Source of the DNA: Octopus vulgaris
Lineage: Eukaryota
Direction of reading: 5' to 3'
DNA: 64,000 bases
Assembly: GCA_951406725.2 (NCBI GenBank)
Contig: OX597827.1
Location: 40,424,001-40,488,000, forward strand
Positions 25,267 to 38,272 of the stretch are shown piece after piece; within the stretch, counting starts at the first letter, position 1, and the number at the start of each line of letters is the position of its first letter. The notes under the pieces were generated by a model. The model was not told the origin of the DNA and searched no databases. It worked only from the letters and a program-made list of their open reading frames with translations. The translations under genes and the position numbers were made by a program.

Positions 25267-26669
25267 ATCCGCACTTTAGATTAGTTAAAATATGTTTGTG
25301 ACATATTTCAACTGGTAAAGGCTAATTCACTGCAGTTATCGTAGAGAAAAAAATTATCTCTTATTGTAAAAAGGTGTAAAAATAGCATATCTGTCTAGTA
25401 CTACCATCTGTCGGTTCCCAGACATCAATGTTTTTAATTCTTTAGGCGTTATCAGTGGGAAATACCGAAGAGAGGCAACTCTGGACAGACCTAATCTAAG
25501 CCGCGCCTTTAACAACAACATCTGATTTGCGACAGTAGAGCGTCAAGGTCGTGAAAATTATTGTGATATTAGCACCAAGCTGTATTTAGGCATAAGTAAA
25601 CTTTAGGCTAGTTAAAATATGTTTGTGACATATTTCAACTGTTATAATTCTTAAACAAGAATATTATTGACAAAAGCGGCGAGCTGGCAGAAATGCTAGT
25701 TACATTATGCCGTTACATTATGAGTTCAAATTCCGCCGAGGTCCACTTTGCCTTTCATCCTTTCGGAGTCGATTAAATAAGTACCAGTTACGCACTGGGG
25801 TCGATATAATCGACATAATCCGTTTGTCTGTCCTTGCTTGTCCCATCTGTGTGTAGCCCCTTGTGGGCAGTAAAGAAATAAGAATATTATTGACTTCGAA
25901 GTTTGGCAAGTTAAGCCATCGCTGGATTGGCTTAGCTGGCCGAATTTTCGAAGTCACGGTGATTTATTTTCTTGTTTAGGAAAAATAGATTTGTACTGTA
26001 CAAAAGTATAATCGAGCCTATCAGGTTAATGTAAAACTGTTTTTATTATAACTGAACAAAAACAAACATTTATATATACGAGGTCTGGTCAATAAGTATC
26101 TGGACTGCTGCCATAGTAACGAAGCTAAAGCACGCAGAGTCAAGCTGTTTGGCAACAATTGACCTTGAACTCTGCTGTGCATACGCACAAAGTTTTAATG
26201 TTCTAGCTTACTTCTGTTGTTTACAGCAGTGCTTGGAATGAAGGTGTGCAACATGTGTAACTCTACCGTGACCATCTCGTATTCGATTTTTTTTTTGGTG
26301 TAGTGTATCTTGAACTATATGGAGTAGTTTTAATACAGCAAAGGTGTAATTTGAGCACGATGAAAATAAGGGGTACTACGATGCTGGCGACGAGGATCAA
26401 CATAATAATGATGGCGACCATAATAATTATGGCAGTGTCGAGATTAGTCAGGGTGATTAGCAATGATGTTCATTGTGATGACGATGATGATGATGATGAC
26501 GACGCTACTGCTGCTGTTGTTGCTGCTGGTATCAGAAAATTTACCACAGCCAGATTGGCGCCGTCCGTTTGGCGTCTCTGATTCGACGCTGACTTAACTG
26601 ACATCAGACGTTTTAATGTTTCTTTCGTTCTAGTTGTTTGTATGGATGTGTAATATCTCTCCCTGTTAC

Positions 26670-26764
<95 letters not shown>

Positions 26765-26893
26765 CCTATTCCTGGCTGCGCACACGAGTTTGCCTCCAGT
26801 ACCAAAACGTACTGTCGACAAAACAGGCTAAATGTCAGTCCGTCATGCCAAATCACCAGCGTCCAAACAGCCGCGACCAATTTACTCATTTCG

Positions 26894-26932
<39 letters not shown>

Positions 26933-27272
26933 CACAGATTACTCAAATTCAGTTTGATTAATGCTGGCCGAAAGATTTGTCTTGCAGAGAAGTGTTAGGG
27001 GTTGGTTAAGTAGGCGAGAAGGTGAAAGGCTGAGATGGGTGCGAGGGTGAGTGGTGGAGTGATAAATGACAATAATTCATGAGTGAACAAATATAATAAA
27101 ATACACGAATAAGAACAAAACGAAGATTAAAAAAAAAACAAATCAAAACATCAAAATCAGCAAAACAACACAATCGACTAAACCCTACCAACTTTCCCGT
27201 TTCACACACACACACACACATGCACACACACACACAAACACACACACACACACACACATACACACACACACT

Positions 27273-27303
<31 letters not shown>

Positions 27304-27412
27304 ACGCATGCATGCATATTCTTACGCCCACGCGTACACATGCACACGCTTACACATACACGCCCGCGCACAGTAAGTAAAGATAAGAACATAGATAGGC
27401 CGCAGCGACCTC

Positions 27413-27438
27413 TATATATCAGACACGGCTTATATATG
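27413..27438 (+). promoter_or_regulatory. Candidate TATA elements of FAS1 gene B
   Basis: TATATAT and TTATATATG 70-95 nt upstream of the ATG, in otherwise non-repetitive sequence. Confidence 0.35.
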
Positions 27439-27507
27439 CCTTTCTATTGAAGCCTGGTTCCAGACCATCATCGGTTTTGTCCAAGGAACACCACAACCAA
27501 CAGCAAA

Positions 27508-27661
27508 ATGTTGAATATTTGGCAATTCTGTTTCTTTTGTTTAGTGCCACTGGCGGCCTCAACTGCTCCCAACTTGATGGCAATGCTCTCTCAGCAGAAT
27601 GTCACCATTATGATAGATCTCATCGAGGCTGCTGATCTTGCTGATTACGTGGCAATGCAAG
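27508..27661 (+). CDS. Two-FAS1 secreted protein B, exon 1 (signal peptide)
   Basis: MLNIWQFCFFCLVPLAAST signal peptide, then NVTIMIDLIEAADLADY. Donor G|GTGAGT, 154 nt, phase 1. Confidence 0.88.
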
Positions 27662-28683
27662 GTGAGTACATACCACTATTACATCAACTAGCCAACACTA
27701 TAATAAGGGGTAGCTACAACCACATCTTCTACATTATCACAGCCAAACAACGCCGCTTCTGTAACAGTAAAATCCAACCTACGTTAACTTTAATCGCTAA
27801 CTCAACCATTACTACAACTACTGTCACGACTTCTGTGCTAAGCACAACTGCAACCACTTCTGTCGCTACCAACATGACCCTTGTCACAGCAGCCACCCCA
27901 ACAGTACATCAATTTTGGCCACGACTACTAACCATCACTAGTACTACTAACTACCGCTATTACCATCACTATCGATCGACACAACCACCACGAATACTAT
28001 CACCATTATCAGTACTAGCATCATCACTATCGCTTTCACCACCACCACCACCACCACCACCAATTTACAGACGTGACTGTCAATGGCGTCGATAAATAAA
28101 TGAGTTTATAGCCCCCACACCCAAATCTTTGGCAACGCGAAGGAGTTAAAGATATATTTCTATAAAAAAAAGTTTTTCTGAAATTCATTTGTAAATATAA
28201 TGCAGAGAAAGGAAGTTGATAAACATAATTTCTAACTTAAGTACAAATTTTTGAGGGAAGAGCTCGACTGGCACCAATAGACTGGGATTTTAATTGGCGC
28301 CAGAAGCCTTGCTCCAGCCGTTTGCAAAAGATGTCGATTCATAGGCCCATCAGTGATTTCATTCGTTGATTTCCTTTGCTTTTTCCTTCGTCATTCCTAT
28401 TCGAGTTTTTGGGGCATGGAGACAGAATTCTAGGTAACACAATTCTGTCGTAATTCCTTCTCAAACTGTCCATGTTCAGAAACTCTTTGTTTGAAGCAAT
28501 TTCGGCAAAACTTGTTTTGCCTTTGCTCGACAACGTGTATGTATGTTTTACATGCATAATTAATAACGGCAAAAGACCACAAAGTAGCGGAGCATGGGAA
28601 GATAAAATTTTGCTAAGGAAGTGAATGTTGTAATCTAGCTAGTATAAGAAAGAAATGGGAGGGGACTTGGGCGGTTTCTGTTT

Positions 28684-28760
28684 CAGCTCTGGTGTCGCGG
28701 TGGAAAGGGGTCCGAAACACCTACAGAGCTGCTTCACCGCTCTGATGAGATATGGACTCC
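28684..28760 (+). ncRNA. Candidate non-circularly permuted hammerhead ribozyme
   Basis: Three helices in X-Y-Z-X'-Y'-Z' order with GUC, GAAA and CUGAUGA at the expected junctions. Confidence 0.5.
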
Positions 28761-29144
28761 CGCATTTGGAGACGAAATACAAGGGTACTTTCAGCACACA
28801 AGTTTTACCCTACATCGATGGTTCTCACCCCTACCCACTTTTTTTTTATCTATGTACATCTGCTTTAACTCCTATTTTACTCTGATGGACCCTCATAGCC
28901 ATTTGGTGTTTAATATATCCTATTATATCATTATAATTAAATGTTATTAGGAATTGTATAAAAAATTTTAACATATATAGGCGCAGGAGTGGCTGTGTTG
29001 TAAGTAGCTTGTTTATCAACCACATGGTTCCGGGTTCAGTCCCACTGCGTGGCACCTTGGGCAAATGTCTTCTACTATAGCCTCGGGCCGACCAAAGTCT
29101 TGTGAGTGGATTTGGTTGATGGAAACTGAAAGAAGCCCGTCGTA

Positions 29145-29221
<77 letters not shown>

Positions 29222-29870
29222 TTGTGTGTCTGTGTTTGTCCTCCTAGCATTGCTTGACAACCGATGCTGATGTGTTTATGTCCCCGTTACTTAGCGGTTC
29301 GGCAAAAGAGACCGATAGAATAAGTACTAGGCTTACAAAAGAATAAGTCCCGGGGTCGAGTTGCTCGATTAAAGGCGGTGCTCCAGCATGGCCGCAGTCA
29401 AATGACTTAAACAAGTAAAAGAGTAAAAGAGAGAGAAAGTATATGGACCCTGATTAAGAACTACTGCTGCAAATGTATGTGTGTGTCACAGCTTGCTGTT
29501 GTTACTACTGCCAAGCGAATTGGCAAAATCATTCTCGACGCTTTTGGCTTTTGGAAACGCATCGTTTCTCTCTTGTCCACACTATATATGTCCTGCTGCA
29601 AAACCGGTTTGTCCATCCACATGGTTTTTGTTTAATGTCAGCAGAGAAATGTGTTTCTTTTTGGACGGGGTGGGAGCGCTGCTGTTTTGTTTGGAGGCCA
29701 TTAAGTCGTGCGTGGAAGGGGGAAAAAAAAATGACGAATGAAAAATGTTCAAATAGTTTGTCCTGCCTCCCCACAGCCAAAATATAAACGAGGGGAAAAA
29801 AATTATTAAATCTCTCATTCTAGATTTATAAACAAGACAACTCGCGCGATACAACTCGCGATATATGAAT

Positions 29871-29977
<107 letters not shown>

Positions 29978-30079
29978 GAGAGAGAAATGATGGGAGGACT
30001 AAAATAAAATGAGCGCGTCAGCTCACGCTAAAATACTCCTCCTCCTCCTCCTACTACTACTACCACCACCACCACCACC

Positions 30080-30167
<88 letters not shown>

Positions 30168-30382
30168 GTCAATTATGTGTGTGTCTGTTGAAAGCTGACA
30201 TTGATAGTTTTGGTTTTCATTACGCGAAGTGGATGAGAAGTGTTCCCCCAGTTTTTCGTTATTCCCCTGGATAGGACACTAGTTTATCGCAGGCACCACT
30301 TCCCGGATAAATCAATCCTTTGGTAATTTATTCCTGATTACCGCTACATCATCTGAGCCAACTTTATTAGACTAACAGAAGA

Positions 30383-30432
<50 letters not shown>

Positions 30433-30456
30433 TGCACGCATGCACGTACACATACG

Positions 30457-30512
<56 letters not shown>

Positions 30513-30918
30513 CAAAATACTTACATTAATACATACATACGTACATACATACAAAATACTTACATAAATACATACATACATACATACATACATACATACA
30601 TACATACATACATACATGAATGCATACTATACCTTGACCAGCACCCCCCCCCCCCCCCCACAACCGCATTCTCTTCCACCGTCACCACCAGTGTCACTGC
30701 AACATCCCTATCGCCGCTTCTTCCATATCACCACTGCCATCACTACTACTACCATTACCATAACCACCACCATCATCATCCCCACCCCCACTTCCAGCAT
30801 CGTTACCACCATCACTCCATCACCAGCAATTACCACCACAACCATCGTTACTACCACCACAATTACCACTCACCTGGACCATCAGCTTAAAAAATAAACT
30901 GCTGTTCCCTTTTTGCAG

Positions 30919-31136
30919 GTCCCATGACACTGATTGCTCCCACCGATGAAGCATTCAGAAACCAGCCAGCAGGTTATATCGACGATCTAAAAGCAGACAA
31001 GGCCCGCATAAAGCATTACGTTAGATATCATTTGATACACGGTGACATATTCAGCTGGGATATCTCACGCAGCACCAACATCCGGGCACAAAATGGCCAT
31101 ATCCTTCGTTTTTACTATCGTTCGAAACACTTTGGA
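30919..31136 (+). CDS. FAS1 protein B, exon 2
   Basis: TTTTGCAG| acceptor. GPMTLIAPTDEAF (H1) and VRYHLI. Donor GGA|GTAAGT, 218 nt. Confidence 0.93.
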
Positions 31137-31388
31137 GTAAGTGGTTCTTTTCTTTGTTTTTCTCTTTCTACTTTTTGCTTGTTACAACGGATGCTTCCCG
31201 TTCTCAACGCATGGCTATGATGCTACCCCACTACTTCTGCTCGTGATCAGAGATGCACATATCGTCAGCCACTAATGGACATGCTGAACCAGTTATGGTC
31301 AAACAACTGAAAAGCAAATCTGTGGTACTGAGCAGAAAATTTGCTGTAGTCCATCTTTTATACCAAGACAAATTATTTATTTCTTTAC

Positions 31389-31440
<52 letters not shown>

Positions 31441-31444
<4 letters not shown>

Positions 31445-31712
31445 TAGTTTTATTTTTATAGCGTGATTTCACTTCACTACCGAGCGCAGCTCTGTGTGCC
31501 TTGGGTATGTGCTGTGATTTGTTGTGATGCTCTGATGGTGACTGTATTGAAAGTGTTCTGCGTAGGATGTGTGCAGTGCCCAGTAGTGCAATTTTCTGTA
31601 TGTTATATGTGTTTGTAAGTCCTGGTGTTTTTGTTATGTATTTGTCTGAATATTTTTTTTATCATGCCTAATGCACCTACTATGATAGGAATTGTTTCTG
31701 TTTTTAGATTCC
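31441..31712 (-). mobile_element. R4/Dong-clade non-LTR 3' fragment in (TAA)n
   Basis: Translates TETIPIIVGALGMIKK / IQKIALLGTAHILRRTL. (TTA)n on both flanks. Confidence 0.8.
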
Positions 31713-31762
31713 TGCTTTTATTATTATTATTATTTCAATTGTTCCTTTCTTTCATTCGACAG

Positions 31763-31967
31763 GAAGTACCTTCTCTGAGAGTGAATACAGCCAATGTGGT
31801 CAAACACGATATCCAAGCTAATAACGGCGTTATTCAGTTGGTGGATGATATCCTTAACGTGCCCGAAGGTACAGTGGAAGAGGTACTTGTGCGTGACAGC
31901 AACTTGACCACTATTGCTAACATCACATTTATTAGCCATCTGAACAGCTTGCTGAATAAAACTCGAG
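31763..31967 (+). CDS. FAS1 protein B, exon 3
   Basis: GACAG| acceptor. DIQANNGVIQLVDDILNVP (H2). Donor G|GTGAGT, 205 nt. Confidence 0.92.
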
Positions 31968-32078
31968 GTGAGTTGCTTGTTGCTGCCATTAGAACTGAAA
32001 ACGTTAGACAAATAGGTGGGTAAGGCGGTGTTAAATTATGAACGCATCTACCGAAGGAGCTTGTTACCATCGCTGTTC

Positions 32079-32415
32079 TTAGTTAGTTAGTTAGTTAGTT
32101 AGTTAATTTGGCTCAAAAGCAAATAGCAAGGCCATGTAGGGGGACATGGAGTTAAGTACAGGGTGGTGTTCATGTAAAGAGTTCAGGCCACTTGAGGTCA
32201 AGGGAGGCTTTGAACAAAGCGGTCGTCGGCATCTTCACCATCTCGTCTGGCAGCTTGTTCCACGGATCCGCAACCCGGACGGAGAAAGCTCCTCTCCTTC
32301 GATTGAGATGAAATCGTCGTAGGTAGAGCTTTTCGGAATGACCCCGCAGCCGACGCTCTGGAGCAGGAGTGAAGAACAGCTCTTTCGAGAGGTTACACTT
32401 TCCGCTTATGATCCT
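32079..32415 (-). mobile_element. CR1-type LINE 3' fragment with (AACT)n tail
   Basis: LRGHSEKL...FSVRVADPWNKLP...FKASLD, short 3' UTR, tandem tail. Confidence 0.85.
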
Positions 32416-33624
32416 TGATAATAACCAGTTCACAGTAAAGTTTGCCGACTTGGATTGATAATAGAGTATAACTGTTATCCCTTTTCAGTCTTAGTATTAT
32501 TTCCATTAAATAAGGGAATTCCTATTTATAAGTCCCCTGAGAACTTGGATAAACTTGGAAAATTTCCCTTTGAAAAGTATGCTTGGTGAATTTTTTTTTT
32601 ATGGAAGACAAGCAGTTGTGGCTGTGTTGTAAGTAGCTTGTTTACCAACCACATGGTTCCGGGTTCAGTCCCACTGCGTGGCACCTTGGGCAAGTGTCTT
32701 CTACTATAGCCTCGGGCCGACCAAAGCCTTGTGAGTGGATTTGGTAGACGGAAACTGAAAAGAAGCCCGTCGTATATATGTATATATGCGTGTGTGTGTT
32801 TGTGTGTCTCTGTTTGTCCCCCTAGCATTGCTTGACAACTGAGGCTGGTGTGTTTATGTCCCCGTTACTTAGCGGTTCGGCAAAAGAGACCGATAGAATA
32901 AGTACTGGGCTTACAAAAAGAATAAGTCCCAGGGTCGAGTTGCTCGATTAAAGGCGGTGCTCCAGCATGGCCGCAGTCAAATGACTGAAAACAAGTAAAA
33001 GAGTAAAGAGAGAGAGTTGCTCATGTTTGCAAACCTTCCCTCTCCACGTCACTGATGTCTTCCAAGTGTAATAAAAGTGCATATTCAACTTATTATGTTG
33101 CAAATACGAGCAAACTTTAATGCACGTCTGTATTGGAGATATGTAGAGCATATTATAAACATAAAGAAATATAAATATTCAAATAATTTAGTTTCTTGGA
33201 CACAAATAAATTTCGTATGATCCAACACACTCATCAGTGATACGAAAAACGGGAAATAATGTTGAAGTGCAGTTATTTAAAACTTTCTTGAAACCAACCC
33301 GCCTGACACTGTTCTTGGTTCTTCGATGTAAATTTTTTGTTTTAAAGTGACCTAAATCAAAACCCTCATCAAATTTTCATGTTAATCCCTGTTCCAAATA
33401 TCAGCGAAGAAAGTTATTTTACTAAATTCTTCATTATGTTCAAAATTAACCGAAACAAAAACTGTGATTCAAACAAAAATATGGTGACGAAAGGGTTAAG
33501 AGTTCAATCTTGCACGACGCATTTTATTTACTATACAACAGTTGTTGGTGGTTTAATTTCAGCGAACGATGAATGCGAAAACGTTCAGCTCTCCACAATT
33601 TTCACATGCGTATTTAATGTATTA

Positions 33625-33854
33625 CAGTAATCCCTCGCCATATCGCGGTTCATCTATCGCGGTTCATCTATCGCGGTTTAAGCTTACTTCGATTCCTTCA
33701 TGGTGTGTTGTTTTGCATTTATAATAAAATAAATATATACAAATTATAAAAATAATAAAATATATCCAGTACAGTACTGTTTCTACTTTGTAGATTTTCA
33801 CCTATCGCGGGTGGGTTTTGGAACGTAACATCCGCGATGGTCGAGGGATTATTG
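33625..33854. mobile_element. pogo/Tigger-like MITE, second copy
   Basis: TA-CAGTAATCCCTCG...CGAGGGATTATTG-TA, aligns to 38057-38272. Confidence 0.85.
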
Positions 33855-34665
33855 TATATATCCTATTAATTTGAACACTTATATGTCAAAATACAGATCA
33901 GTACTTAAGCAGTGAAAAATTTAATTCTCTAAAGTAGTCTGGTCATAAACATTCGGATGCTTAATTTTGGATTCGTGATATTGAAATCGTTCTTTTGTAC
34001 TGTTTGAGCAGACTTACGTGACCATCTGATCTTGTTATCACTATATAATGGCTACTTTGTATAATGCCTTCACCTTATTTAAAACAATAGATTCTGATCG
34101 AGGGAGATTTGACTGTCCTTTTTAGCAAATCGTGCGATCATGTAGAAGCTCTTCATTTAGCACACAGTTTCATGATGTTATAGACGGAGCGGATTCTTTT
34201 CTTGGACGGAGCGATAGTTTACCACAGATGAGCACCAACCTTCTTAGTTTATAGTGAAGACTGTATTTGTATATGATGAATCTAAAGTGAAATGAGCTGC
34301 TGCACACTCACACACACACACACACACTCACTCACTCACTTACGCACGCACGCGCAGCAATGTAATCGGGACTACGGCCTAGTTCTTCAGGCAGAGAGAA
34401 TGTCAGTGGACTTTTATCCTAATACAAAACACCCCCTCGGTTAATCTGGTAAACTATCGCCGAGATTTACTGAGTAATATAGAATAGATTGCAAAATAAA
34501 ATGCCTGTAGTTGATTAGAACATGAGACATCTGAACAGGCCGTCGCCGTCGCCGACATCTTCGAAAATGATTTCCCAATGAAATATCAATGTTTTTAAAA
34601 TACAAAGTTATGTTGGCAGTAATTCTGAAATTTGATTTTTTTTTTCGTTTTTCCCATCTTCTCAG

Positions 34666-34767
34666 CTGGTCGTCGCCAGACAGTATTTGCACCAAGTGAC
34701 GATGCTTTCGCAAGAATGGACCAAAGTGTTTTGCAGAAAATCATCCAGCATTCTAATCTAGCGAGAG
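34666..34767 (+). CDS. FAS1 protein B, exon 4
   Basis: CTTCTCAG| acceptor. [14 protein letters not shown] (second H1). Donor G|GTTGGT, 102 nt. Confidence 0.9.
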
Positions 34768-34776
34768 GTTGGTATG

Positions 34777-34910
<134 letters not shown>

Positions 34911-35199
34911 ATATCTATCTATCTATCTATCTATCAATCAATTTCCATTGTCATGGAACCTCACCCCCCCGCCAAAAAAAAACAATGTTCTCCTTTTCTA
35001 AACAAACCCCTACCAAACATCTGTTTTATATAAATGAACAAGCTGTTTGTACATTCACAAAACTCTATTTGACAAGTTCGAGACACGAACGAAAGTGCTA
35101 ATAATAATGAATAAATAAAAAGATTTTTCCCCAAAATTCTAGAATTGTAAATAGCAAACTGATCTGCATAAAAAGGTCAACAAGATGAGTAGTCCATCA

Positions 35200-35790
35200 A
35201 ATGAGTCCGATATTAATGTATGCTTTTCACCCCACGTGTATTACACGTAGCTTCTAATAGTTTTACGTACATGACAAGTACGTTCATCAGGCGATGATTA
35301 TTCAATGAAACCAAGGAGTTTAAATAGAGCACCAGGCGAGAGGCGATGCTAAAGCAAACCATATTTAATAGAAAATTCTATTACAGGTGAGCTAGCAAAT
35401 TGAATCGATGCAAAGCCTTCAGATGAATTTAAATCGAAAATAAAAGCAAAACCACAAAGTTGGCGAGTCACATTTGGGCCGTGAAAGAGAGAAATGTCCC
35501 ATATGTGATCAAATGGAAAATAATAGAAAAGTCTAAACCATACATGAATGGATGTAATAGATGTATGCTTTGCTTGGCCGAAAGGGCGCAGATTTTATTT
35601 AGATCCGAGATTCCGAGTTCGGAATCATTCCTATGTTGTGACGGAGAAAAACGAGAGTATTATTATAGTAAGAAGATTATCTTTCTCGTATCTCCTCCTA
35701 CTTGTGCGCATGTGCAGCATCTTTGGTTACTATGGAAACAGAGCTTTTCGCCACGGTGATGTGTAAAACATTCGCTTCTGATTAGCTTAA
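35200..35790 (+). mobile_element. Penelope-like element remnant (GIY-YIG C-terminal region) with upstream inverted hammerhead relic
   Basis: LASHIWAVKERNVPYVIKWKIIEKSKPYMNGCNRCMLCLAE. Minus-strand CTGATGA-ACGTAC/GTACGT stem at 35261-35290. Confidence 0.7.
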
Positions 35791-36915
35791 ATACCCAAAT
35801 TCTGTAAACTTTAAAGGCTCCCTTTTACTTGTTTCAGTCATTTGACTGCGGCCATGCTGGAGCACCGCCTTTAGTCGAGCAAATCGATCCCAGGACTTAT
35901 TCTTTGTAAGCCTAGTACTTATTCTATCGGTCTCTTTTCCGAACTCCTAAGTTACGGGGACGTAAACACACCAGCATCGGTTGTCAAGCGATGTTGGGGG
36001 AGGGGGGCAAACACAGACACACACAAATACAGACACACACACACACACATATATATACGACGGGCTTTTTTCAGTTTCCGTCTACTAAATCCACTGACAA
36101 GGGTTTGGTCGGCCCGAGGCTATAGTAGAAGACACTTGCCCCAATGTGCCACGCAGTGGGACTGAACCCGAAACCATGTGGTTGGTAAGCAAGCTACTTA
36201 CCACACAGCCAACTTTTCAATTGTGGATTTATAGGGAAAATGAATTTCATTTTCATAGTTAGTATACAAAACTTAATCCATATATCAAATTTGAAAACAC
36301 CTGGAACAAAATTGTAAGCAGTGACGAAAACCACAAAGTTCCCAATTGTTTTTCTACCAACTCTGCCTGCAAAGCCGGTTTATGCAGGAATTCGAAGTGA
36401 AAATCTACGTAATGTTTGCATTTTTAGACAGTATAGTGATACTTCAGCAGACTTTTTCGCTTCTTATTGTTTGGATTATAATTTACTCTTCGTCAAACCC
36501 ACACAACGGTTTTATTGTCGTGAAACCAGGATTTTCTACACTTGAAGAATTTCGGTCTGGAATCTGACAAGTGTTGAATTGCCCAGAACCGGGGTTGAGT
36601 GCTTCTCTGGAAATACCCTACCTTTATACTCTACCAGTACCCGGTAGGGTATGTATGTATGTATGTATGTATGTATGTATGTATGTATGTATGTATTCTT
36701 TTATTTTCTTTTACTTTTACTTGTTTCAGTCATTTGACTGCGGCCATGCAGGAGCACCGCCTTTAGTCGAGCAACTCGACCCCGGGACTTATTCTTTGTA
36801 AGCCCAGTACTTATTCTATCGGTCTCTTTTGCCGAACCGCTAAGTGACGGGGACATAAACACACCAGCATCGGTTGTCAAGCAATGCTAGGGGGACAAAC
36901 ACAAACCACAAACAT

Positions 36916-36954
<39 letters not shown>

Positions 36955-37280
36955 CATATATACGACGGGCTTCTTTCAGTTTCCGTCTACCAAATCCACT
37001 CACAAGGCATTGGTCGGCCCGAGGCTATAGCAGAAGACACTTGCCCAAGACGCCACGCAGTGGGACTGAACCCAGAACCATGTGGTTGGTTAGCAAGCTA
37101 CTTACCACACAGCCACGCCTATTTATTGGCTAAGCTTATGCAGGACAACTTTGCTACATTATCATCACCATCGTCTTCCTTGATATTGTCGCCGTCGTCG
37201 TTGTTGGTGTTGTTATTGTTGTTGTTTTTATTATTATTATTATTATTATTATTTTATTTTATTTTATTTTATTTTTTCAG

Positions 37281-37397
37281 AGCTGATGAGCTTTCATATT
37301 CACCCTGGAACTTTAACAATTGATCAAATGAAATCTTCACATTCGTCGTCTATTTCAACAAATCTTTTCTTTGATGATATACATCTCAGCACGTCAG
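37281..37397 (+). CDS. FAS1 protein B, exon 5
   Basis: TTTTTCAG| acceptor. ELMSFHIHPG (YH-like). Donor CAG|GTATGT, 117 nt, phase consistent. Confidence 0.88.
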
Positions 37398-37402
37398 GTA
37401 TG

Positions 37403-37485
<83 letters not shown>

Positions 37486-37915
37486 TCTCTCATATACAAT
37501 AGCGCTAACTTGCTATCTTAAAGATAGCACGTCTTCGCTTCAGTGGGGTTTATTTGGAGGGCACTTAGTGTATATTTTTGCACGGGAATAAAGGCGTAAA
37601 TAGTAAAATACATCAATTTGACTGGGTAAGTCACAAAGCAAAGGTTGAGAATCACTGATGTAAAGGATTCTTCATTGACTGAAAATGTTTATTGCTTTTA
37701 TTGTGTTGCCCTATGTTACACTGTGGTTCAAAGCCTTTCAATCATGAACATCTATCTTTTTGTATAACGAAGATTACATTCTTTACTGTACGAGGTAGTT
37801 TCAAAAAGTTCCAGGACTAGTTATATTTGATAAAAAGCAACTTATTTACTCTCTTTTTACTCTTTTACTTGTTTCAGTCATTTCGGCCATGTTGGAGCAC
37901 CGCCTTTGTGTGAAA

Positions 37916-38024
37916 CGCTTACAGCACCTAGGTTTCCCAAGCGGTCACCCATCTAAGTACTCACTAAGCTCGACGTTGCTTAACTTCGGTGATCGGACGA
38001 GAACCGGTGCTTTCAACGTGATAT
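37916..38024 (-). pseudogene. 5S rRNA-derived sequence (5'-truncated ~10 nt) fused to a SINE/CR1-type 3' tail
   Basis: Reverse complement ATATCACGTTGAAAGCACCGGTTCTCGTCCGATCACCGAAGTTAAGCAACGTCGAGC...GGGTGACCGCTTGGGAAACCTAGGTGCTGTAAGC matches metazoan 5S rRNA. Confidence 0.9.
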
Positions 38025-38056
38025 CATCTTCGAAATAGTCAGCTTGCGCAGCAATA

Positions 38057-38272
38057 CAGTAATCCCTCGCCATATCGCGGTTCACCTATCGCGGTATATT
38101 ATTTAAGCTCACGTCGATTCCTCCGTGGTGTAGTTTTGCATTTATGATAAAATGAATATATACAAATTATAAAAATAAAAAAAATATATACAGTACTGTT
38201 TCTACTTCGCGGATTTTCACCTATCGCAGGGCGTTTTGGAACGTAACACCCACGATAGTCGAGTGATTACTG
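38057..38272. mobile_element. pogo/Tigger-like MITE
   Basis: TIR CAGTAATCCCTCG / CGAGTGATTACTG, TA TSD. Second copy at 33625-33854. Confidence 0.85.

Noticed and set aside
27662-28095. Thr/Pro-rich mucin-like continuation of gene B exon 1
   Set aside because: Read-through past a strong GTGAGT donor into low-complexity intron.
28742-28792. Alternative ordinary hammerhead using the downstream GAAATAC
   Set aside because: No NUH triplet in register after stem III and no stem I partner.
37916-38024. Functional 5S rRNA gene
   Set aside because: 5'-truncated, single copy, fused to a retroposon tail inside a transposon.
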